Counted from the whole stretch's first letter, positions 1-13,223 are shown. The stretch: 58,293 bases of DNA, filler included, from Sphacelaria rigidula (GCA_964200075.2; 9 parts of 9 records of this genome joined end to end with filler, not necessarily neighbours in it), one strand, 5' to 3'. Program-made: numbers and translations. The notes: a model not told the origin generated them from the sequence alone.

Positions 1-169
1 GGTTGAAGTTGGCGCGTAGACTCCCTTGCGCGCGATGTGCCGCCATCAGGTACAGTATAGAGAGCGATGGCCTAGCACAGGTACGTTCTCGGCCAATCGG
101 TGGCCCAGATAAGGTGCGATTGAAAACGAGTCCGTAGATCAGGTATACCTGGGCGATATTTGGCCTACA

Positions 170-830
170 AGAGGTGAGCGGTTTCTGGAGGCGAGACGTC
201 GGTTTTCGCGTGACCATATCTGTCGAGTAACATTCATTCTTCCCAACTTTTTTCGAGGCCCGGGCGCCAATGGCCCCCCCAAATGATGTGCGTGAAAACG
301 TTAGAGCGAAAACGGTCAAAATGGCGTGTATGGCTGTTGTTGCGTTTCTAGCCATTTTCGTACCTTTCTTAGGCGAAAAACGATAAGGTATACCTTTTCT
401 TGGTCATTGCCCATAATTTTATTATTTTCGTGTTGAAGTGTCCCGAAGAACCTTCCATGGCATCCAAACGTATTGCCATTCGTACGGTATAGGCCAGAAC
501 GGTGGATACCAACCTCATAATCACGGTGGAAAGCACCCCCTGAAGAAGGCTAGTTTCTTATAGTACAAAATATGAGCGGTTTCTGGAGGCGAAATGTCCG
601 TTTTCGCGTTGCCATATCTGTCAAGCAACATGTTTTTTTTTCCCGTTTTTTTTCGAGGCCCGGGCGCCAATGTCCCCCCCCGAATGATGTGCGTGGAGCA
701 TCCGTAGCGAAAACGGTCAAAATGGCGTGTTTGGCTGTTTTCGCGTTCCTGGCCATTTCTCGTACCTTTCTTCGACAAGAAAAACGATAAGGTATACTTT
801 TTCTAGGCCTTTCCCCTTTTTTTTCTAGTG
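170..830. repeat. Direct duplication of a ~250-nt segment at ~399-nt offset
   Basis: GAGCGGTTTCTGGAGGCGA...GAGGCCCGGGCGCCAATG...AAAACGGTCAAAATGGCGTGT...AAAACGATAAGGTATAC occurs from ~176 and again from ~575. Confidence 0.85.
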
Positions 831-995
831 TGCCCTGGCAATCATCTATACCAAATTCAAGGCAAAACTTTTCAGTGCAAGCTGCAAAATTGCCTGCAAC
901 CTACAGATCCGTTTCAAGGTTGGCGAAGCTCGTAGGATGTAACATTTATTGAAACACTGTGAGGTGATAGGCAGTACAGTAGTATCTGTACTATA

Positions 996-1436
996 CACAG
1001 CCGATCGTCGAAATTAAGGATGGAGCTTTCCATTGAGAAGGAGACCCTGGAAGATTGAAAATTTTGTATCAACACCAAATCTTCGAAATATGGTTCCATT
1101 CCTTCACCAACTCGTAGCTGTTGACAACTAACTGCTACACACCCTACGAATTTGGCTTTCGATGACCGAAATGTTGGGGTCCTGGATGAAGAAAATGTTT
1201 TGAGGACGTTAGGTGATCCGATCGGATCGCCGAAATTTTACGATATATTGATTTTTACCGAGGACCCCAACATTTCGCTTATCGAAATCACAATCAGTAC
1301 GGCGTGTAGTACTCGCCGATAGCTGTCAGTAGGTGAAGGGATGGAACCATCTTTCGAAGATTTGATGGGGATGCGAAGATTTTAATGCTCTCATCCTCGA
1401 TAAAAGCTCCATCCTCAATTTCAATGATCCGCTGTT
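996..1436. mobile_element. Palindromic (foldback) MITE, ~440 nt, TA flanks (Tc1/mariner-like)
   Basis: TA-CACAGCCGATC...GATCCGCTGTT-TA; the two halves are imperfect reverse complements. Homologous copies at 35115, 41860 and 49802. Confidence 0.85.
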
Positions 1437-2782
1437 TATATGCATCAAGTAGAATGTGAACAACATTCGAGCAACTTGCAGTTTCGTACTGTCTGTACTG
1501 TCTGTGAGCTATTACGCAATTCCGTCGCCCACCCATACCACAAAAGCAGATGCTTGACTTGTTACCAACGAACAAACGTGGGTACCAAGAGGGTGATAGT
1601 GCAGGTTCCCGACCGGGTAGGGTGCCAGTCAGTCGGTGTTCAAACACACAGAGGTTGTAGCGACCAAACTAGTGACCCCGGAAATAATCGTGGAGAATAG
1701 ACAAAATCAGCTACACCCTGTGAGTTGTAGAATAAAAAAGGGTAGCATAGCTTTCGGTTCCGGGCGCACGCTACACGCGGGCCGAGCACCTCCAAAGCAC
1801 GTTCTAGCGCCTTAGCTCCACGCCCAACGTGCTCGGGCAGCATGCCCAACCGTCAATTCTTGAACACATGGTAAGAGGCTCAAATAGGGCGTTGAAAAGG
1901 CGAAGGTGTCAGAGGACCCCCATTCTTTCAACAGACCAAAAATCATGTTGTCCCTATTTTTGTTCGTTTGCGCACCCTTTAATGTTCACGTGCATCCCAG
2001 TTTTGTTCAATGGTGACCCTACTGCGGACTCCGCGGACGGCACGCCCAACAGTCAGTCACAAACATACCCTAGCTTGTCAAAAACAAAACTCGTCGAAAG
2101 AGTCGCATAGCCCAGCGACCAAGGCATTGTAAGTCTTGCCGTCACACGCCAGCACGTCATTATATTGGGAATCAAGCGTAGCGGCATCTGAGGTTTGTGG
2201 ATTGGGGCAAATAGTTACCATCTGCAGCTGTTAGCGACCGGATCGCAGTCAAGTACGAATCGGATTACGCATAACCCGGTGTAGAGGCGGGGAAATGTGG
2301 TACAAGTATTATAGATTAATCTTCGAGCGGGTCAGGGCAAGTGTCACTGCAAATGTCCTTGTCGACAAGGGCTTTGTTCGTGGAAGGCAAGGAGGGTGGC
2401 ATGCAGAGGAACGATGAATATCCTTTTATCTGTTTAAAGGTATCCGGGTATTTTGGAGCGGCCGCGAGGGTTCTTTTTCAAGCAAAGAACCCAGCGCCCA
2501 ATCTAGACGGGAAAGCACAAACAAATTACATCACTTTTCCACGGTCTGTTGCTATTATGGCGGCACGAAGTCAGAACCATGGCCTCACAACAGATCGGGT
2601 TCCACTCTATAATTCCGTTCAATTTCCTAGCGGTGTTCTCTTTTGTCGCACATCGCCTGTTGACGCTGCTGACATTGCCTCCGCCGCCATTTGTCTTCCA
2701 AAAATGTGCCTTGACAAATGGTTCATACCACAATTACGCGGCCACCACAGAGATGGATCGTGTATTTCTTGCTTAAACCGAT

Positions 2783-3036
2783 GAGTCATCCTACGATAGC
2801 GGGGGGGGGTATTTGATTGCACGAAAAAAAGGGCTGATAAGTGTGTCAGATGATCTGCAACACTCGCGATGCGCTTGCATTTGGTTCAAAACGGTGTCAA
2901 TCGGTATGAAAGAACGTTATATATCTATAACAAGCTCGTTCGAGCAATCGTTGCTGATTTCAGCGGCGATTTGCCCCGGAATTTCGTGCAAGAAGTGGCT
3001 CCAAATACCCCCCCCCCCCCTATCGTAGGATGACTC
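2783..3036. mobile_element. MITE with GAGTCATCCTACGATAG(G)n termini and 4-bp TSD (Sola2-like by inference)
   Basis: GAGTCATCCTACGATAGCGGGGGGGGTATTTG ... CAAATACCCCCCCCCCCCCTATCGTAGGATGACTC, flanked by CGAT on both sides. Related termini at ~12850, 19291, 32215, 33270-33360, 51703 and 51965-51987. Confidence 0.8.
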
Positions 3037-3465
3037 CGATAGTGCACAGTTACGTTTCTGACTTCCTCCAAAGCATACCCTAGTTATCGCCATGGAACAC
3101 TTCGAGTATCTGCAGTTTACACATGCGTATTGTGTGTTGTTTCACTGCCGCCGCTGTACCTACCCATGCGAATAAACGGCAGAGTGCCACGTCCCCATTT
3201 CTCCCAGTACATCCTGGTACCACGAGGAGAGATCCGATCTGGTCGTCCATGCGTTCACACAAGTTCGCCGAATAGTATACATGCACTAGACTCTCTTCTA
3301 TCATTACTGCCAAGCAGATCCTCGAAGATCAAGGAGGACATACCCGCCCGCCGGCTGCACGTATGGATTTTGGGTGGCCGCCTTCTTTCGGTTTCCTCTT
3401 GCAGTATAGTCTGTCGCAGCTCGGAGCCGATCTATCCACTATTAATGTTACCTGAATGGGGTTAA

Positions 3466-3565
3466 CCCGTAGACTGCGATGCGGGTATTCCATCTGGATC
3501 ACGAAAACGTTATCAAGTGAAGTTGATGCCGATTCAGCAGGTGACCTACCCTCGCGGTCAAAGGG
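3466..3565. mobile_element. piggyBac-type MITE (100 nt)
   Basis: TTAA-CCCGTAGACTGCGA...TCGCGGTCAAAGGG-TTAA; second copy at 13126-13223. Confidence 0.8.
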
Positions 3566-6389
3566 TTAAAAGAAGCAACAAGAAACGAATGAGTAGCTTA
3601 ACTTCCGATAGCGACCAGTTTTGATCCTGATGAGGAAACCCAAAACGAAATCTCTTGAAATAGCGGCGTTTCTTTCGGCGCTGGACGTAATCGGAAGCAG
3701 GTCTGGAAATCTCAACGGGAGTGAAACACGTCATACTTCCACAATATACACAGGCACCTACAGCACAAGCGCATTACGCCTACGAGGTAGCGCTGGCTTG
3801 TGCTCGCCTTGTGCTCACCTCTCAGACAGGCACACTATTGTCTCACGGTGATGCCGTCCGGTATTGGAAGAGGGTCGGCCGCATGTGTGCAACAAAACTT
3901 GCTCACGATGGAGTCATTGGCCATTTTCTGGTGTGTTACACGGCGCCCGTCTGACAGGAATCTCCGTGCCTCATTCAATTTCGAGCCGGTTTCCTGCGAG
4001 CCATGTGCGTCGTGCTCAATTGGTCATTAGCTACTCGTAGGGCTCGAGCTGGCCATTATCCATCGTGGGACATCGAGTTCGGAAAGTCGTGTGAGCTTGT
4101 TTTTATGGCAGTCACCAATCTCGATTTTTTTCATCATTGGGGAGGAAAACATCGGGGTGTGACGATCTCAGAACGATTTCTCCCGGTTTTCTCGAAAAAT
4201 CAGGAAAAATCTGAGATCCCCCCGATTTTGAGGAGGTGACGTACGTACATCGACGCAATATGGTAGAGTAAGAGGCGTTTGATATGTTTACAACCGTAGA
4301 AGAAGACAGTCTTGTGACAGCGCAGGGCGTGCCTGCCCGCGTCAGTTGCTGGAGCAGCTTCGCACGGGGTTTGACCGGCAAATAATGAGTGTTGACGCCC
4401 TATCCTGCGGCGATGGTATTGTTTTATGCTGCACTGCGCTGCCATATATTTCACCATAACAAACTGTACGGTTATGGGCGGGAATGGGGGGCCATACGAC
4501 CGAAACTCCTCGGCAAAAAAACAATAATTAAAAACACAAAGGAATAATGACCACGACAGTAGGTGGTCGCACCTGTGCCGAGGACCTCACGAACAGAACA
4601 CACGCTTCGTCACTTATTAACTTGATTTAGTGTGGGACAGATGTAGCACTTGAGACTGCGCGATTCTCGACACAGGAAGCAACCGATTCACGGCATTTCA
4701 CAGACCTTCGCATGCGCACAGCAGCTAGGGAATTCGGATACATATTTTGCTCAAGTCGCGACAGCGAACCGGAAAGCCCCCCCCCCAACGCCGGAAACAC
4801 CTTATTTCAGTATATTTGGGTTCATTACGGTTTAGTATCACGCGCGAACGCAAAAGGGTAACTCGGTGACCCAGCTTGGGTGTGTGGGAAGCACACGCAA
4901 GAAATCGCAGTTCAATCCTCTGGGCCGTTGCCGAGATCTAAGCCTTGCGCGATCGGCGCAGCAGCATACTGCAACAAGAGGAGCACAACAACAACAAGAG
5001 CGGCAGTTGACATCCTCCTGGAGTTGTGACCCTGTGTACAGGTATACAGAAACGTCAGTCACGTGTTTATTGTACAATGTACTATATTTTACTGTAGTAC
5101 ATTTTGTATGAGCGTGGTCGTCATTTCGAGATGACACGTGCTTTGATTGATGTGATTCAGCCGATTACGGTACGGTTTCTCATATAGCGTTCGCTATTGA
5201 ATTTCCCGAAATATAGTACCCAACATCGGCCCCCATTCCCACCCATAACTGTACTATCCTAGTCTGTTGTCGCTGTACTTACAGGGTGGTGTATGGCACT
5301 GCCTTACCAACCTTTTGCTCATTGTCCTCACGATACCGTCTTTTGTGCTATCGTGTGTTACCGCACGGCATCATGTACTGTAGTGATGGAATGTCCTGCA
5401 CTGTATTACCCTAGGGTACCATGGTACGACACTGTACTCGAAGGATTATTCACCGTCTGCCTGCTCTTCGGCTTCACACAACTCACACAAAAAATGACTG
5501 TGTGTGTATGGAACTATTTCACAAATCTGTGAGACCATAAAACGGTCCCCCCGATTTTGAGTTTGCGAAATCGAGTCCCCGCGATTTTGAAGAAATCGGG
5601 GTTCCAAAAAGATCTAGGGTCCATACGTTACACTCGGTACGTTCACGTTCCACGTCAAAAGTCTTCGAAAGTTAAGCCAGGCCAGAGGTATCTCCGTTCC
5701 CCGTCCTCCGACGAAGGCTATGACCGGTGTCGTCGGTACGGCATCGGGGGGGGGGCACGTTTTTACGCGCATTTGGCTCCAGTAGAGCTAAAGAATACCC
5801 TAAATTTTGGCCAATTTTCAAGGGATGCGTGTAGCAGTAGCATACGTAGCCGGTAACGGCTTATAAAGCCGGTAACGGTAAAGGTAGTTTGAAAACATTA
5901 TCCATTCGAATCATACAACCATTACGTTATTGCCATTATAATGATAATGAATAGTTATACCTGGTACCATTTCCGAGCTCTATGATTCCTTCATACTACA
6001 ATCCTCGGCCAAGGCCGTGGTGTCGTGGTGGAGTTGGGTCAGCACGGTGTTTATCAGGCACACCTGCCCCTGTTGTAATACAGTAGTGAAATATATCGAC
6101 ACCTTGAGTTCAGGCATATTGGGATTCGGTGTATGCGCGGAGGCAGATGACTTCGCTGTCGAAACCTGGCACGCACACCTTTGATACAAAGGAGCGTGTG
6201 CCGGTGTGTAGACTGGTTCCGGCGAAGAGGATGGAGGAGAAGCGGTCGTCGATGGACGAGTTAAGTCTGGTTGAGCCTCCTGGACGAGACATTTACCACA
6301 GACCAGCAGCAGAGTGCAGGACCGACGCCCGGATGGGTAGGGTGACTCGTGTACAGAGTCGAGCTAGGGGACATTGTAGGAGGTTTGGT

Positions 6390-6489
6390 NNNNNNNNNNN
6401 NNNNNNNNNNNNNNNNNNNNNNNNNNNNNNNNNTTAATTAATTAANNNNNNNNNNNNNNNNNNNNNNNNNNNNNNNNNNNNNNNNNNNN
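6390..6489. other. Artificial contig-joining spacer (N44-TTAATTAATTAA-N44); identical spacers at 12879-12978, 19367-19466, 25855-25954, 32343-32442, 38831-38930, 45319-45418, 51807-51906
   Basis: Seen directly: eight identical 100-nt blocks with stops in all six frames. The intervening contigs are 6389, 6389, 6388 (x6) and 6387 nt, i.e. size-sorted. Confidence 0.98.
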
Positions 6490-7110
6490 CCCCTCTAGCA
6501 CGTCCCGTTCCTCCTTGCATAGTTCACATTCTGCCACTATATGACTTATGCTCTCAATTGCTTCGCCACAGGGGCAGTTCTGTGCATTTACTTCGTCCTC
6601 CACACGACGACTGGTGTATCTCTTTCTTCTTTCTGGCAGGACCAGGTCCCCCACCCGAAATCACAGTTTCATATTTTTCGCCGCGTTCATTGGGCCATGC
6701 AGATATGTTTTCATTTCGATCCCCTCTCTCAACCCCCCGTATATCTCCAGGTGTTCTTCCTCGTCTACTTTGCGTCTGAGCGCTCCCTTTTCCCTTATTT
6801 CTGTAATATTTTTTTACTTTTGTTTGTACCCCGCGCCTTCATCTATGGACAGTATTTCGTCTTGGTCTCCTCCTATCTCCTTCCATGCTTTCTCGACTTC
6901 TATATCCCACCTTATTCCAGCCTTCCCTTTCGTACTTTTCTTCCATACAGCTTCATCAACCATAGCTGGCAATCTCTTTCCCTGCATATTCTTTCAGCTA
7001 TATTGCCATCGCAATTTTTTCGATGTCTCTGTTTTAAGTGAGTACATTTCCGACTCTGCTCTCAAAACTGTATTACTCGTCGTTTTCGAGCATCCAAGTA
7101 TTTACTTAGC
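6490..7110 (-). mobile_element. 5'-truncated LINE fragment (RT thumb plus C-terminal CCHC), cut by the contig end
   Basis: Minus frame with stops: ILGCSKTTSNTVLRAE...KLRWQY...HLEIYGGLREGIEMKTYLHGPM...CPCGEAIESISHIVAEC. Homologous to 38959-39852. Confidence 0.85.
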
Positions 7111-7142
7111 TGGGGTGGGGGAGGAGGAGGGAGGAGGGGGGG

Positions 7143-7182
7143 CGTTCTCATGTGTTGCTTGCCTTAGTCGTCTGACCATTGA
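7143..7182 (-). mobile_element. Very short 3'-end copy of the poly(C)-tailed LINE
   Basis: Matches the 3' end of 38959-39852 and is flanked on both sides by GGGAGGAGGGGGG (TSD-like). Confidence 0.75.
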
Positions 7183-7508
7183 GGGAGGAGGGGGGGGGGG
7201 GAGGAGGAGTAATATCAAACGTTATATTAGCGCCATAAAAATTATCGGAACGTCTCGCCATGCATGGGTTTGCGTCAAAACCAAGGCGGATTGCGGATTG
7301 GACAAGGGCAACATGGACAATGAAATTCGCCAGAGTCTGATTGGGCTCTCAACAATTCTCCAAAACATGTAGAACTGAGCCTCTTGGGAGTGTGGTACGC
7401 GTCACTTGTTTCCATATCAATATTTTCGTGTCCATGCGTGCTTCCGCGTGTGTGGTTACATTCCACTATGCCCCAAGAATGGTCTCGTCCTAGATCCTGG
7501 CTGTAGTT

Positions 7509-10500
7509 TCAAGAAACCTTGGTCTCACCAGCCGAACGAATGCTCAATGCTTCCTCCTCCCCTTGCGTCGTCCTCTTCTCATTTTTCACGTGATCCAGTA
7601 GGTCTTGAATAGAATCTGGCTTTAATATCCTACCGATACTCCACTTTTCTGCGAGGGCGCGAACTCGCGCCCCTCCGATTACGAGCCTCCGTGCGTCACC
7701 TCCTCTCTCCAAAGTGTATTGTTTTCGACTGCTCGAGACAGCCTGGAATATTGCTCAAAGCGGACAAGAAAAAACAACGAGATGTTGTTAAAGGGAACTG
7801 TAGTGCCGGGAAAGTCCCCCGTCGCGTCCACATTCTCTCGCACCGCCACCGAGATCGACTGACACCATGTTATACTCTCCGACCTGACTCTATGGGGTAC
7901 GTAATTTAGAAATGCCTAGAGAAAAAAGAGCTCGAGTTCCAGGATGACAAGTGTGTCTCATAGAATGCACAGACTCTGTGGTGCCTCACCCCTGTTCGTC
8001 TCTCATGGCCATCCAGATCGTGATCTACCTCGGCCAATTCCCGCAGAAGCTCGTGCTCCTGCGTGTACAACTGTGGCGCGGGTATATACAGCAAGAACAA
8101 AATGTTGTATGCGACGATGTACGGCAGATATCACGTGGTTCCAAAAGATTCGTCCAGCGGCTTGTCTTCCACCAGGCAAGGTAGACGGAACAAGTTGACA
8201 ACCGCTGAGACCTTCTCGTGGTAGATCGTGGACACGGGATCAGACCTCTGCACCATCGCATAAAGTTAGGAACTGAATAGGTGTTTGTTCGTTTTTTCCT
8301 TTCTCAAATCAGTAGTGAGAACATTGCTCACCAAGAGAAGGTCGGCGGAACCAGATGCTCCCGCGCCGTGTATAAAATTTCTGCATCGGGCATTTGCCCG
8401 ACAGAAATCTGATACTTCTTCCGCAGAAAGACTCTTTGCCAGGGCGCGTTTGATAGACGACCCACTACCGGCGACAGTAGCTGTGGAGGCCGTGGTTCCG
8501 CTGACGCCGTTTTCGGTACCTCCCTGTCGGGCGGCTTCCCGCGTGGTCTTTTCCGCCTCGGTCGCAGCCTACAAGGGGTAGCGCCGCGTAAAGCACGCAG
8601 TAGTAGAGAAGGGTCGAAGGAGTACGGCATGTGAGAATTTTAGATCAGGTGAAGTCGTCGTGCACGTTTGATTGTGTAGCCATGTATAAACAGCAGTAGT
8701 ACCAACGTACGTGGATACTCGTGTCGGCTGCACTTGCGGATCAATAAGTTTTTGTGCCTGTCTGCTCCAACAGTGTGCCGGCAACGAAGTACCCATTCAG
8801 TGGAATATACAGTACTGTTATATACCGACAGTTGGGAAGAGACGGCTTGTAGCATTCGGCTATACCGTCTGAAGCACGGCAAATGACTTACTTATACAAG
8901 GTAACCCTGTAAGATTTATCTATCCAGTTCCACCACGGGTTTTGGCTCATGTTATCCGTCCACGTGTGCACCTGGTATTTGTTGTTACTCACCTGCATCC
9001 AACTTAAAACTTCTGCCACATACCCTGTGAGCATGATTGATACTATGCAGGGATACGGGATCAGGATATGATTTACGTGCGTTGTGTGCCGCTCCGTACA
9101 CATACGCGACCAGCCGAGATTCGCGGAGCATCTGTGTGTCCACACAACAACAGTCTCATACCACTCGATACACCTTCCACGTCTTCGCACCTGATGAAGA
9201 AACGCTTCGTTTGCCAGCGCCTGGGTAGTTTCATCAGGTGGGGGTTTTATTCCGTGCAACCGACAAAGGCCCGTAGTGCAAGCAGCCATAGCCATGCGGA
9301 GCTCCGTTTGGTTGACTTTCCCATCTCTTCCTCAGGCGAATGTGGAACGTCAACGAGGCGTCGGCCAAGAAAACGCTGCGTGAGGAGGTCTGCAATCAAG
9401 TCGCGCAGCACGATCGCCGTTCGCCACCGATATCTTCCGTCCCGTATGCAGATAAATGTTATCTTTCGCGGAACACTGAGTCATATTCCGGTCGTAACAT
9501 TACGCTGTTACTTTTGGAAAATGCTACACGTGCTTTAGGCTGGATCTCGACGTGTGCGAATCCATAAGGTCAACTGGACATACGCGCAGCGCAGTGAAAA
9601 TGCTCGGCCGAAAAGAAATAGAGCATACCTTGACAATGGTGCTTTTAATCTGCATTACTATTCAAGGAGGGAACGCCAAAATAAGGTCAACACTAACCGA
9701 CTTTGAGTCAACATTTCCAAGGGTGTGTTGAGGTAGGGTATATACCAGGGTATTGACTCTCCCGAATTTCTTGTTACGATGGTCCGATCTCTAAACTCTA
9801 CCCAAATATTGGGTAAAGTGAGGTATAATCGTCATACTCTAGCCAATATCTGGGTATTGATGAGTATGGTCTCAATCCTCTACCCAAGCTGTGGTAACTT
9901 ACGAGTACGATTTTTCGAAGTACCGATCTGTAGGGAACACCGTGCCCAACACACGTTTGACATTATCTCACAAAGAATGCATGGACTCCCAACTTACAGG
10001 AAACCGTGTTAAATTTCCCAGAAGTCACCATTCGATCGGAACCTTCTACAGGCAGTAGGTCTCCATAATATGTGCGCGTCAGTACGCTCACGTGACAGCT
10101 TGGTCGGAATTCCGTACGCCATCGAGTTCCATGCCTTTGCTGGTGGTGATAATCGAAAGTTAAGGACCCTGGTTTAGATAGGACTATGATGGGGATCATT
10201 TTACTGTAGCATCTTATAGGGTCGAATATATGAGCTTCGAATGTGGTCATTTCGCCGAGAAGCATCAAGAGTTTCCTGAAAAAGTGCGAAAAAAACACAT
10301 ATATATTTGGGCTAATGATTCTATGGCATAATCATCATGTCTGAACATTGACTTTTAAGGTTGACACCAACGTAACCATGTGCGGTATCTCTTTCGGCCG
10401 ATCTCGATCCCACCAACAAACAGCGAGTCGTTTCAAGGACGTGAGATATGAGTTTAACAAAGAATAACATATTTTTCCTCGTGGGACAGAAGTAGTGTAC

Positions 10501-11623
10501 CTTAGACCACGCCTAGCACTTTCAGACCCTCGACTGACAGATTACGTGGTACGAGGTATTTCGTTTCAGTCAGAAGCGTACTTCTCAACGCGGGCACGCA
10601 TTCACTCTACAAATTGAGTGTTGCGGAGTGGAAACACGTCCCGGGGGAAAGTTGCAACGTCTTCACTTGATCATCACAGCGGTGATTCTCCATTCCCCCG
10701 TGGTTGCCTTATCAAGAATCAATTGCTAGGCTACTTTCAAGGAGGACGCAATCCCAACTGATAGCGTGCCTGCAATTATAGAGTAGGTACGTACCGCAAC
10801 AGCATTGTTTGTGTGAGCACATGAAACGGAGAGATAAGTTATATGCCCCTATGCCCAAGTGTTCTCGCCCGTACGAGTGCCACGGGCTCCTCACTAAGGC
10901 TTCGACCAGTAAGCAGGTATCCCAGATTTGTTTGTTTTTTCACACGTTTCACCCCTGCACCAGTACAGCGGATATCCCAGATGTGTTTTCGCCACACTTT
11001 TAACCGCTGCCGTTCCTCGCGAAGAGTGTTTGGTCTCAAGCGATCACCCCATGCCTTACCCGGCATACGCCTTGCAGTTTGATATCGCGGATTGGATCAT
11101 GACCAACACTCACGCACCGCTTCGACTCTCGTCTAACGTATTACTTTTGCGAATCACGCCCTTGAGTTTTTCACGACGGAAGTCACGTACTTGTTGGAAA
11201 ACAAAATCAGATGCACCCGCCGGAAATCGAATACGCATCCTTCTGATCCAACGGCTCGCACTTGTGCCACCAGACCACTCGGGCGTGGCGGCATGTGGTG
11301 CCGTACTGTGTAGTGGCGGCCGTTACGAAAGAGAAGACAGAAAAAGACGGTATATACCTGTCGGCGTCGTACATGCTGAGGACGAAGTTGATCTTGCCAA
11401 ACTCTCCAGCACCTGTCATGAGAGCCAGTCCCCCCCATACTACCCCTGATGGCACACGGCCTCGCTCAAGCACGTCGAAACACGTGAAACATGCGTCCAG
11501 ATGCAGGCGGCGACCGCGTTCGGCATCGCCCGAGCGTGACCGCTTTTTGCGGCCAAGAACGCTTTTGATTGAACCTGTGCCTCGTCGCTTCACCGGAGGA
11601 AAGTCCGCGACTTCGGCGAACAC
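7509..11623 (-). pseudogene. Calcineurin-B-like multi-EF-hand protein gene, probably decaying, 5'-partial
   Basis: GT-AG exons: 11623-11358 (LDACFTCFDVLERGRVPSGVVWGGLALMTGAGEFGKINFVLSMYDADR), ~9326-9191 (DGKVNQTELRMAMAACTTGLCRLHGIKPPPDETTQALANEAF), 8568-8332 (...SLSAEEVSDFCRANARCRNFI...), 8070-7990, and 7742-7529/7509. Splice phases are compatible. Frameshifted EF-hand-like relics lie at ~11145-11040 and ~9430-9335. Confidence 0.65.
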
Positions 11624-12559
11624 CTGAAAAGCAGTTAATGGCGGACGACCCATTATTTTCGTATGCACTCAAGCCTCGAGTATAAACCTGCTTGAGCCGT
11701 GTAATAGTACAAGAAGTAGAAGGGTGCAAGATAGATAGATAGTGACTAGATACACAGGAGCACAGCTTGCTGCCTGCGCCTGTGTCGGTTTCGCTTTGAT
11801 CTCGTTCTTTGCTTTTGCGAGTGCCACGAGCGTGGACCTGCAGCCTGAGTATCTTTCAGTGACCGAGGTTGCGGGTTTCGGTATAAAGCGAGTATCTAAG
11901 TGCTGCTAGGACAACGACTAGCATTTCAGGGTGAATTCGAGTGATCGGTTGCAGAAAGACAAGCGGAGAGGCCGTAGAAGTAGGACACACGCGCACATCT
12001 ATCCCGGAGAATTTCGTTTTTTTTCACCGCAGTACAGCACAGCACAGCGTGTCCTCGTGACAAATTCAAGTATCACCATAACTCTTGAAAACGTGGTGTG
12101 GTAGGTCGTACGTGACACCGTCACGGCTGGGAGGCATCTTCTCCAAATATGATTTCGACTATTAATATAGCATCACGAATAAAGAGAAATATACAAGCTG
12201 GGTCAGCCAAGAGTTCGGGGACTCCTCAATATCACACCCAGCTCATGCGAACACATTTCGACCCCCCAACTGCCCCTCTCGCTATCTGCTAAGATGCCTA
12301 ACCAACACAATAAGGCCGAGATACGACCAACCCAACTTAGTAGGTCGTATCTAGTATAGGGCACAAGACGTAAAAGAGGTCGTCGCCTCCAGGTGCAATG
12401 AACTGATATGGCTCAAAATGGTTAGGACGGAGTAGCTCCTTCGATTCCCAGCAAATACAAGTCTATTCGATGAATTTCTAAGGAAACTCTGATTTACGTC
12501 GTTGCAAAAGTGAGGACACGCGAAGCAATAATAGTTCATATGACGAAAATCAACGGGGT

Positions 12560-12700
12560 GTGGGAGTGTTGATTCAATACGCGACGTCAAACTGTCAGGC
12601 ATGTACCGGGGGAGAGACGAGCTGATCCCGCAAGGCGACATACCCATCTCGAGGAAAGGGAGGGGCTGGAAGCATGACGAAAAACAAGGCAACGAATGGG
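12560..12700. repeat. Dispersed repeat shared with 54235-54330
   Basis: GTACCGGGG(G)AGAGA...TGATCCC...GAGGAA(A/G)GGGAGGGG(C/T)TGGAA occurs in two different contigs. Confidence 0.6.
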
Positions 12701-13125
12701 GGAAGGAGGGAAATCGGGATGCGTCGGCGAGCACCTGAAAATGACGTGTCAAAATCTCAGTCCTCCACCGAAAAAGTGACTTGCGCGTGGCAATACCTTG
12801 CGCCAAACATCGCTCGGCATACAAACCTACATACGGCATAGCATCTCGCAGTCATCCTGCGGTGGTGGGGAGGGGTGGNNNNNNNNNNNNNNNNNNNNNN
12901 NNNNNNNNNNNNNNNNNNNNNNTTAATTAATTAANNNNNNNNNNNNNNNNNNNNNNNNNNNNNNNNNNNNNNNNNNNNGAATTTGAGTCCCCCGACTTTT
13001 TCAAAATCGGGCTCCAAAAAAATCGGGATTCGTTTGCCATAAAAGTGGGTCTTACGTCCTTTCATGTGTGCTCTCGTACTAACAATGTTCCCCTGTAGTA
13101 GCAAACAGCCCCCACCCAATCTTAA

Positions 13126-13223
13126 TCCTTAGACCGCGAGATTAGTCTTTCGTGATCATGCATAGTTTATTTCACTTGAAATTGATGCCGATTCAACAGA
13201 AGACTAACCTCGCGGTCTAAGGG
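13126..13223. mobile_element. piggyBac-type MITE (98 nt)
   Basis: TTAA-TCCTTAGACCGCGAGATTAGTCTT...AAGACTAACCTCGCGGTCTAAGGG-TTAA. Confidence 0.85.

Noticed and set aside
1450..6389. Possible decayed coding segments in contig 1 (e.g. VLACDGKT near 2150, exon-like 6148-6336)
   Set aside because: Strand and frame are ambiguous, stops are frequent and no family is recognisable.
6434..6445. Regularly spaced TTAATTAATTAA motif every ~6.49 kb
   Set aside because: Artificial six-frame-stop linker embedded in Ns; not biological.
6541..7372. Longest plus-strand ORFs (274 aa and 166 aa)
   Set aside because: Antisense shadows of the minus-strand LINE fragment.
12315..12356. Helitron 3' end (GATACGACC...GGTCGTATC hairpin then CTAG)
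   Set aside because: The hairpin overlaps the CTAG instead of lying ~10 nt upstream, and no matching 5' end or second copy is visible.
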